64,000 nucleotides of DNA. Origin: a bacterium. GTDB taxonomy: Bacteria > UBA8248. Location of the stretch: NCBI GenBank assembly GCA_965213625.1, contig CBDBZU010000004.1, positions 3,712,001 through 3,776,000 of the forward strand, in the 5' to 3' direction. Position numbers and translations under genes: made by a program. A model generated the notes under the pieces. That model was given only the letters and a program-made list of their open reading frames with translations, did not search any database and was not told where the DNA came from. Shown in pieces: positions 57,129 through 64,000 of this stretch. Within the stretch, counting starts at the first letter, position 1. Each line of letters begins with the position of its first letter.

Positions 57129-58019
57129 ATGCGCACCAAGGCGGACGATCTCCTCGAAGGCGCCATCGACGTTCACGCCCACATCTTCCCCCAGGTATTT
57201 TTAGAGGAACCCGGCCGCGTGCTGGACCATGAATGGGCCGAACTTGCGCGCGAGGTCGGCATGCGCGGCTTCGTGATGAAGAGCCACCTGTGGCCCACCA
57301 TCGCCCAGGCCAGGATCCTGAACGAGGTCTATCCGGGCGTCACGGCCTTTGGCGCTATTACCCTGAACGCCAACGTGGGCGGGCTTTCACCATTCGCGGC
57401 GGAAAGCGCGGTGCGCCTCGGCGTAAAAGTCATCTGGATGCCCACCTACTCCGCGGCGAACGACATCGCAGTGGGAGCCTACAGCAAGCGCATCGCAGAG
57501 GCCTATAGCCAGCCCCCGCCCGCGCAGGGCCTGACGATTCTCGACGGAAACGGCGTGGTATGTCCCGAGGCGGACGCCATACTCGAAATCGCGCGCGACG
57601 GGGATGTGGCCGTGGCCACGGGACATCTCTCCGCAGAGGAGGGCGTTGCCCTGGCGAGGCGCGCGAAGGAGATAGGGGTGAAAAAATTCATCTTCACCCA
57701 CCCGATCATCTTCATCGTCAATGCGAGCGAGGCGCAACTTCGCGAGGTGGCGGACCTGGGCTACATCGTCGAGTTCACGTGGATTTCGGCTTTCCCCATG
57801 TGGCGCGACCTCGACCCCATGAAAGTCGCCGAAACCGCGCGCGCCCTCGGCCCGGAGCGATGCGTGATGAGCACGGACGCGCAACTCGACCTCAACCCCC
57901 CGCCGACGGAAATGCTGCGCATGTTCATCGCCACGATGCTGCGCCTGGGGTTCGAGGACGAGGAGATACGCTGGATGGTGCAGCGAAATCCCGCCCGGCT
58001 GATGGGTCTCGAAGAATAA
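57129..58019 (+). CDS. Amidohydrolase-superfamily protein (DUF6282-like)
   Basis: IDVHAH, MKSH, WMPT, TGH, THP, STD, NPARL. Confidence 0.8.
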   Translation: MRTKADDLLEGAIDVHAHIFPQVFLEEPGRVLDHEWAELAREVGMRGFVMKSHLWPTIAQARILNEVYPGVTAFGAITLNANVGGLSPFAAESAVRLGVKVIWMPTYSAANDIAVGAYSKRIAEAYSQPPPAQGLTILDGNGVVCPEADAILEIARDGDVAVATGHLSAEEGVALARRAKEIGVKKFIFTHPIIFIVNASEAQLREVADLGYIVEFTWISAFPMWRDLDPMKVAETARALGPERCVMSTDAQLDLNPPPTEMLRMFIATMLRLGFEDEEIRWMVQRNPARLMGLEE

Positions 58020-58197
58020 GAAGCACTCGCGAAAAACACCTTGCAACTTAACGCGAAAGAGGGTTACTGCCTTCCACCCGTATCATCCTGATTTTTTTCT
58101 TGACTCTCTCAAAAAATTCCTTACACAATCTTAATGTTGCATCGCCGCCTTCGTTGATACCATATCAACAGGTTATTCAGGCGGGAGAAGCAATTCC

Positions 58198-58908
58198 ATG
58201 AACCAGCAAGACTCCATCCTGATCGTCGAGGATGAGAAGAACATCGCAGCGCTCATCGAAAAATCTTTACGCCGAGAAGGTTTTCACACCATCATCGCTC
58301 ATGACGGTGAGCGAGCATTGCAACTGGCGCGCCAACTCGAACCGTCTTTCGTCGTACTCGATCTGATGCTCCCGCAGATGAACGGGTGGGATGTCTGCAA
58401 ACACCTCCGGGAAGAGTCCGACGTACCCATCCTGATGCTCACGGCCAGGGAAGGGGAAGTCGACAAGCTGTTCGCCTTCTCGCTGGGCGCCGATGATTAC
58501 GTCGTCAAACCCTTCAGCCCGAGAGAGCTCGTCGAACGCGTCAAAGCCATCCTCAGGCGCACGAAAAACACGCCCATGTGCAGGAAGACGAAACTCTCTT
58601 TCGGCGATTTGCTCCTGGAGCCTGAAAAACACAAACTCACCCGAAACGGCGAACCCGTATCGCTCACCCCCTCGGAATACGTGCTGCTCCTGACGCTTAT
58701 GAGCGCGCCAGGGCGCGTTTTTTCCCGCCACGAACTGCTATGCAAGCTCTACCAAACTTCGGACGCCGTGGTCGCCCGCGTGGTGGACGTTCACATCGGA
58801 AAGATACGACAAAAAATCGAGTGTGACCCCGCCAAGCCCCATCTCATCTTTACGGTGCGCGGCGTGGGGTATCGTTTCGCAGATACGGAAGAACAAGGAG
58901 AACGTTAG
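58198..58908 (+). CDS. OmpR-family response regulator
   Basis: VEDE, LDLMLP, GADDYVVKPF, VDVHI, TVRGVGY. Confidence 0.95.
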   Translation: MNQQDSILIVEDEKNIAALIEKSLRREGFHTIIAHDGERALQLARQLEPSFVVLDLMLPQMNGWDVCKHLREESDVPILMLTAREGEVDKLFAFSLGADDYVVKPFSPRELVERVKAILRRTKNTPMCRKTKLSFGDLLLEPEKHKLTRNGEPVSLTPSEYVLLLTLMSAPGRVFSRHELLCKLYQTSDAVVARVVDVHIGKIRQKIECDPAKPHLIFTVRGVGYRFADTEEQGER

Positions 58909-58909
58909 C

Positions 58910-59974
58910 ATGAAGAATCGCCTGCTCTGGAAACTCCTGGCCATCAACCTGCCGGTCATCGTACTGGTCATTCTGGTTGTCTGGCTGTCGATTGATTTCC
59001 TCGCCGCCGATTATTTCGCCGCCCTGATGCGCAATTACAACATCTCGCCTACGGAAATACACCGAATGTTCCTGGACGCCGTGTATTATTCCATCCTCAA
59101 TGCGAGCGTGCTCGCCGTGATAATGGCCATAGTCTTGAGTTTTTTCCTCACCCGGAGGGTGCTGCGCCCACTCTTCGCAATAGCAGAAGTATCCAGGAAA
59201 GTGTCGCGGGGCGATTTCACCGCGCGCGTGGAGATTTCTTCGAAAGACGAGGTCGGACAGTTCGGACTGACGTTCAACCAGATGGCCGAAAATCTGGAAA
59301 AAATCGAAACCCTCAGAAAAACCATGCTGGGAGATATCGCCCATGAACTGAGAACCCCACTCACCACGGTGCGCGGCTATCTGGAAGGTCTGTATGACGG
59401 CGTCATCCCGCCCGCCAAGGATACGTTCGGCATGCTGAAGGAGGAAATTCTGCGCCTCGTGCGCATGGTCCAGGACTTTCAACAACTCACCCAAGCCGAA
59501 GCCGCCAAGGTCTTTCTCAGGCGAGAAGAGGTCGAATTAACTCAATTAGTGAAGTGCGTCATCGAACTGTATCGGCAAGATTTCGAAGTCAAAAATATCG
59601 GTGTGCCCGTGGATTTCAGCGACGACACAAACAAAGTACAGGCGGATAGGGACAAAATTCTTCAGGCTCTGGGCAATATCGTTCAGAACGCATGGCAGTA
59701 TACGCCCGAGCATGGGAAGTTCCGCATCCGGGCCGAGAATTATAAGGACGGGGTGAAGTTCATTTTTTCAAATACTTGCGAAGATTTCCCAAAGGAAGAC
59801 GTCGGACTCATCTTCGAGAGGTTCTACCGCGCGGAAATATCGCGTTCGCGCGACAGCGAGGGAGCAGGCATCGGACTCTCGATAGTGAAGGCTCTCGTCG
59901 AGGCGCATGGAGGCGAAGTGGGCGCATCGTATGACGAAGGCGTTATCCACGTCTGGTTCAGCCTCCCCACCTGA
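58910..59974 (+). CDS. HAMP-domain sensor histidine kinase (BaeS-like)
   Basis: HAMP domain, AHELRTPL, NIVQNA, FERFYR, GAGIGLSIV. Confidence 0.93.
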   Translation: MKNRLLWKLLAINLPVIVLVILVVWLSIDFLAADYFAALMRNYNISPTEIHRMFLDAVYYSILNASVLAVIMAIVLSFFLTRRVLRPLFAIAEVSRKVSRGDFTARVEISSKDEVGQFGLTFNQMAENLEKIETLRKTMLGDIAHELRTPLTTVRGYLEGLYDGVIPPAKDTFGMLKEEILRLVRMVQDFQQLTQAEAAKVFLRREEVELTQLVKCVIELYRQDFEVKNIGVPVDFSDDTNKVQADRDKILQALGNIVQNAWQYTPEHGKFRIRAENYKDGVKFIFSNTCEDFPKEDVGLIFERFYRAEISRSRDSEGAGIGLSIVKALVEAHGGEVGASYDEGVIHVWFSLPT

Positions 59975-60152
59975 TCTTTTCGTTCACGATCTATTTGACT
60001 TTTTTCATCATAGCGCCAGATCTTTTTGGTATGCTCCCATGAGCGTGATTACGTAAAGGCACACGTCGATCATCAAAAACAGCCGCCTGCCCATGAATCA
60101 AATGGCATCAAAACCGGAAGAATCGAAAACACAGCAGAAAAAGGAACAAGCC

Positions 60153-60617
60153 ATGCCAAACTTACACAAAGCGCTCCTGATCCTCCTTGCGGCATCTTTA
60201 CTTCCCCTCGCACCGTCTTTCGTGAACGCCGCCGAGCCGACCGTCATCACCCTCACGCAAACGGGTTGCCAGTTCACCGAACCCGAGGGCAAGGACCATG
60301 ACTTCAAAACCAAGGGATCGGCCGATTGCAAGAAGATCAACGCCCAAAGCGGGGAAAAGCGCCTCGCCAATGCCAAGACCATCACGCTGAAACCAGGCGC
60401 CTACATTTTCCGGGTGACGAACAAGAACGTGCCGTATCAACTCGGGTTTTATCTCAGAGGCGCAGGGGTCGGCCGCCTCACGCTGCCGAAGGTTTCGGGA
60501 GGCGGCCTCGTCAAAGGGAAATCGAGGGATTACCACATCACGCTCAAAGAGGGCGACTATCATTTTTCATGCCCGCTGAACCCCACGCCCGACTACAGAC
60601 TGAAGGTGACGAACTAG
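60153..60617 (+). CDS. Secreted cupredoxin-like protein
   Basis: Signal peptide, LKPGAYIFRVTN, LKEGDYHFSCPLNPTP. Confidence 0.65.
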   Translation: MPNLHKALLILLAASLLPLAPSFVNAAEPTVITLTQTGCQFTEPEGKDHDFKTKGSADCKKINAQSGEKRLANAKTITLKPGAYIFRVTNKNVPYQLGFYLRGAGVGRLTLPKVSGGGLVKGKSRDYHITLKEGDYHFSCPLNPTPDYRLKVTN

Positions 60618-60626
60618 AACCTATAC

Positions 60627-60973
60627 GGGGTAGTTGAAACAACTCAAAGATGGAGCGCGCTAAATATCACTCCTCCCGTGAGGGGTTGTTGAAAAATTCC
60701 GCAGAAGGAGGAATGGCGGTTGTAGGGACAACCCTCCGTGGTTGTCCTTTGCAGGATGATTACAATCAAAACAGGCGCGGGGACCTCGAACAGGCACGGA
60801 GGCCTGTCCCTACGGGATCATCACGCCGCCGACCGGACGCATAGTGGGCTTTTTCAACAACCCCTCAATTGGGGAGTGGTTGGAGGCGCTCAGCGAGGGA
60901 GGAGTAAAGCTTCATCCATCCTAGGTCGGCTCCATACGTGAAATCACGAAAGCAGGACTTTTCCAACAGCCCC
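60627..60973. mobile_element. Nested MITE / palindrome / MITE / REP cluster
   Basis: Outer GGGGTAGTTGAAA...TTTTCCAACAGCCCC; inner GGGGTTGTTGAAAAA (60682)...TTTTTCAACAACCCC (60864); REP doublet 60722-60813. Confidence 0.7.
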
Positions 60974-61155
60974 GACCGTACGCAATGCCCCAAATTCGTT
61001 TCTCGTGTTATCACGCAATAATGCCAACTGAATAATACCGGACGCGCTAGAGCCGCACATCGCCTTACTTTATAATCATTTCATAAAATCTCATTTACGT
61101 GGATTAAGATCGGGAACCATACTCCCATGCACATGAAGCCGTACGGAGAAAGCTT

Positions 61156-62061
61156 TTGAGCCTGGAAAATTCTCCTACCGTCTGCGTCCTAGGGTTCGGC
61201 ATGGCGGGCAGGCCCATCGCCCAGGGGCTGGCGGGAGCCGGCGTAGCGCAGGTTCGCGTCTGGAAAAGACCGCCCTGGAGACCGGAGCACACCGACGCAT
61301 CCGCCCACCCGGCGATACGGATGACGCAGTCCATCGAAGATGCGCTACAAGGCGCAGACCTCGTTCTCTCGCTCGTCACGCCGGAAAGCGCACTGGAGAC
61401 GGCGCGCAGCGCCTCTTCTTTCATCCGGGATGCCGTGTACCTGGATTTGAACACCACGACGCCCGATACCAAGAAGGAGATCGGCCGCATCATCGAGACG
61501 GGTGGAGGCCGGCCTATTGACGGGGCGATATGCGACCCGGCGGAAGTGTACGGGCACAAGGTCGTCACGTTGATCTCGGGGCCAGAGGCCAGGCGCCTGA
61601 GTGAGGCCATGGCGCGCTACGGGATGCAGCTTCAGGTGCTCAGCGAGCGCGTGGGAGACGCCTCCGCCCTCAAAGTCGTGCGCAGCGTATTCACCAAAGG
61701 GCTGATGATGACTTTCCTGGAAGCCATCGAGGCGGCGAGACGCTGCGGGCTCGTGGAGGAAATGCTCGATTCCATCGCCGGCACCGTGGAGGGCCTTCCT
61801 CTCCGGGACCTGGCCCTGAGCCTCGCGGGCACGAGCCTCATCGTCGCCGAAAGGCGCGCGCAGGAGATGGAAGACGTCGTTTCGACCCTCGAATCGCTGG
61901 GGGTGGACTCGCGCATCAGCGCCGCCTCGCTCGAGAAGTTCCGTTGGCTCCAGGGGTTCGATTTCCACGAAGAGCTCGGGGGCGTACCACCAGAATCGGT
62001 CGAAACCATGCTCCGCGCGCTCGGGAAAATTTTCGACGCCTCCCCGAAACAACCGAGCTGA
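61156..62061 (+). CDS. NAD(P)-dependent oxidoreductase, beta-hydroxyacid dehydrogenase family (DUF1932-like)
   Basis: LGFGMAG Rossmann motif, ASALKVVRSVFTKG, RRAQEM. Confidence 0.82.
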   Translation: MSLENSPTVCVLGFGMAGRPIAQGLAGAGVAQVRVWKRPPWRPEHTDASAHPAIRMTQSIEDALQGADLVLSLVTPESALETARSASSFIRDAVYLDLNTTTPDTKKEIGRIIETGGGRPIDGAICDPAEVYGHKVVTLISGPEARRLSEAMARYGMQLQVLSERVGDASALKVVRSVFTKGLMMTFLEAIEAARRCGLVEEMLDSIAGTVEGLPLRDLALSLAGTSLIVAERRAQEMEDVVSTLESLGVDSRISAASLEKFRWLQGFDFHEELGGVPPESVETMLRALGKIFDASPKQPS

Positions 62062-62258
62062 AAACACACTCACCTGGCTGAGAAATAATCTCGATTTTGT
62101 GCATCTCTACCCTTGATTTTCCCGAACGGCATCTGGTAGCATCGCTCTGCGCTTGGGGTATCCAGGTGAATTTGAATACAAAAACGTGAATCGCCAAGGG
62201 TCGTTCCCTCGGGGTTCCAATCGCAAAAATCTTCATCATCCGTAGGAGGGAATCATCC

Positions 62259-62570
62259 ATGACATTTGTCATCGGGGAAAAATGCCTGGGCGAGCGCTAT
62301 GCGACGTGCGTGAGCGTGTGTCCCGTGGATTGCATGCACCCAGGCGAGTACAAGGGGGAACCCTTCCTGATCATCGACCCCGAGGAATGCATCGACTGCG
62401 GCGTCTGCCAGCCGGAATGTCCGATTGACGCCATTCTGGAGAGCGAAGACGACGATCCCGTATGGGCGGAAATCAACGCGGAACTCACCGATGAATTCAA
62501 GAACAACGAGCCGGTCGAGCCGCGCCCGGCGAATGACCCGCCGCGAAGAGCAGACAACACGCTACGCTAA
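62259..62570 (+). CDS. fdxA: 7Fe-type ferredoxin
   Basis: MTFVIGEKC...CVSVCPVDC...IDPEECIDCGVCQPECP; AGGAGG RBS. Confidence 0.9.
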   Translation: MTFVIGEKCLGERYATCVSVCPVDCMHPGEYKGEPFLIIDPEECIDCGVCQPECPIDAILESEDDDPVWAEINAELTDEFKNNEPVEPRPANDPPRRADNTLR

Positions 62571-62588
62571 GCTCCATCCTGCTGATTC

Positions 62589-62622
62589 AAACACCGCGGT
62601 CATCGGGCCGCGGTGTTTTTTT
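62589..62622 (+). terminator. Rho-independent terminator after the ferredoxin gene
   Basis: AAACACCGCGGTC / GGCCGCGGTGTTT stem followed by a T-run. Confidence 0.85.
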
Positions 62623-62684
62623 ATTGCGCCAAGCGCATTTTCATACACCTCACCCTCCGGCAACGGGGACACCCTGAGGAAGCC

Positions 62685-63665
62685 ATGGTCTTGAGTCCAC
62701 CCGCAACAGACGGCCCGCTCATCGCCGTCGCCGGAACGCGCTTCGGCCCCCCCACGGTCGAGGAGGAGATACTCTCGCCACTGGGTTCCCGCCTGCGCCT
62801 GGGCATGGGATCGGACCCAGAATCCCTGGTCGAACTCTGCGCGGAGGCGGAAGGCGTCATCATCGGCTCGATTCCTACCTTCACGGCCGAGGTCATCGCG
62901 CAACTAAAACGCTGCAAAATTCTCGCGCGCGGCGGCGTGGGTGTGGACAACGTCGACATGGAAGCCGCAACAGCCAAAGGAATTCACGTCACTTACGTAC
63001 CGGATTACTGCGTCGATGAGGTATCGGACCACGCCATGGCGCTCATCCTCTATTTCGCCAGAAAACTGGAGCAGGGGATCGCGGAAGTCAAAAAAGGCGG
63101 TTGGGGAATCGCTGCTTTGAGACCCATCGCACCGCTTCGGGGCGCGACGCTGGGCGTTGTGGGAATCGGGAGGATCGGCGCGACACTGGCCAGAAAAGCG
63201 CGCGCATTCGGGATGCGGATCATCGCGCACGACCCCTTCGCGCCCGAATCCGTTTTCGAGGAATCAGAGGCCGAGAACACAGCGCTTTCGCAGATATGGG
63301 AGGAGTCGGACTACATCTCCCTTCACGCGCCCTTGACGCCTGAGACACGCGGCCTGGTGAACGTCCAAGCGCTCGATCGCATGAAGACGGACGCCGTATT
63401 GATCAACGTGGCGCGAGGCGAACTCGTGGACGAGAAGGCGCTGGCCAATGCGCTCAAGAAAAACGCCATCCGGGGCGCGGGCCTGGATGTACTCGAAGAA
63501 GAACCCCCGCGTCCGAATCATCCGCTGCTCGGGCTTCCCAACTGCCGTGTCACGCCGCACAGCGCGTGGTACAGCACGGCCGCCCTGGAAGACATGAGGC
63601 GAAAGGTGGCGACTGACGTATTGCGCGTCCTTCGAGGCGAGGAGCCGCGCTATCCCGCGAAATAA
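62685..63665 (+). CDS. D-isomer-specific 2-hydroxyacid dehydrogenase (CtBP-like)
   Basis: GVGVDNVD, VPDYCVDEVSDH, GIGRIG, INVARG, LDV..EEP, TPHSAW. Confidence 0.92.
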   Translation: MVLSPPATDGPLIAVAGTRFGPPTVEEEILSPLGSRLRLGMGSDPESLVELCAEAEGVIIGSIPTFTAEVIAQLKRCKILARGGVGVDNVDMEAATAKGIHVTYVPDYCVDEVSDHAMALILYFARKLEQGIAEVKKGGWGIAALRPIAPLRGATLGVVGIGRIGATLARKARAFGMRIIAHDPFAPESVFEESEAENTALSQIWEESDYISLHAPLTPETRGLVNVQALDRMKTDAVLINVARGELVDEKALANALKKNAIRGAGLDVLEEEPPRPNHPLLGLPNCRVTPHSAWYSTAALEDMRRKVATDVLRVLRGEEPRYPAK

Positions 63666-63693
63666 TTGCCCTGCCAGGGACAACCCTGCCGCG

Positions 63694-64000
63694 TTATTTT
63701 TCTATCGGAAAACCGACGACGCTCCCCCACTCCGTCCATGAGCCGTCGTAAATCTTCACGTCTGCATAGCCCAGCATATACCGCATGGCGAACCAGACCA
63801 GACTGGCCCGGTGGCTGAGGCGTCAGTAGAGGACAAGTTCAATCTCATCATCGCTTGCTGCGCCCGCGCCGCTAAGAATCCGCGCAAGCTCATCCGTGCT
63901 CTTGTAGGTGTCGTCCTCGTTCAACAGCTCCCGGAAGAACAGGTGTACGGCCCCTGGTATGCGTCCGGCGCGCTCGGCCCCGTGGTCGAAGCCCGGCGGA
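63694..64000 (-). CDS. 3' part of a rhodanese/SseA-type sulfurtransferase; in-frame TGA at the catalytic Cys (probable selenocysteine)
   Basis: Manual translation ...AERAGRIPGAVH...ELVLY*RLSHRAS...YDGSWTEWG...PIEK-TAA; runs off the window edge. Confidence 0.85.
63793..63811 (-). promoter_or_regulatory. Candidate bacterial SECIS element
   Basis: Hairpin CCGGGCC-AGUCU-GGUCUGG starting 11 nt after the UGA. Confidence 0.6.

Overview
GC-rich bacterial chromosomal window, apparently diderm (outer-membrane beta-barrel, periplasmic cytochromes). It has about 60 CDS, mostly transport, catabolic and stress genes: a liv-type ABC transporter, an mrpABCDEFG antiporter, an Fe3+/PgtC-like ABC transporter, arsC plus an aquaporin, msrB, a SucCD-like ligase cluster, two MNT-HEPN toxin-antitoxin pairs and a two-component system. 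It also carries an AT-rich SIR2 (Dsr1-like) defence gene and one complete IS1182-family element. I saw no rRNA, tRNA or CRISPR array. The intergenic DNA is densely filled with nested repeats: GTAG-type REPs, CGTC-type REPs, a ~185-bp CCCCTTGAGGGG palindromic element, MITEs with IS1182-type ends, and mini-hairpins. Main highlights: (1) a rhodanese missed by the ORF track, with TGA at the catalytic Cys and a SECIS-like hairpin (probable selenoprotein); (2) the SIR2 defence gene bracketed by a perfect 27-bp inverted REP pair, like REPIN cargo; (3) IS1182, its MITEs and mini-hairpins landing repeatedly at the centre of the same palindrome; (4) a SulP gene apparently driven by a duplicated promoter, RBS and 5' end of the neighbouring peptidase gene; (5) a SoxA/TsdA-like cytochrome wrapped in NPC cysteine repeats. 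All family calls come from motif recognition by eye, not database searches. Several start codons were moved from the ORF track using RBS and protein-shape reasoning.
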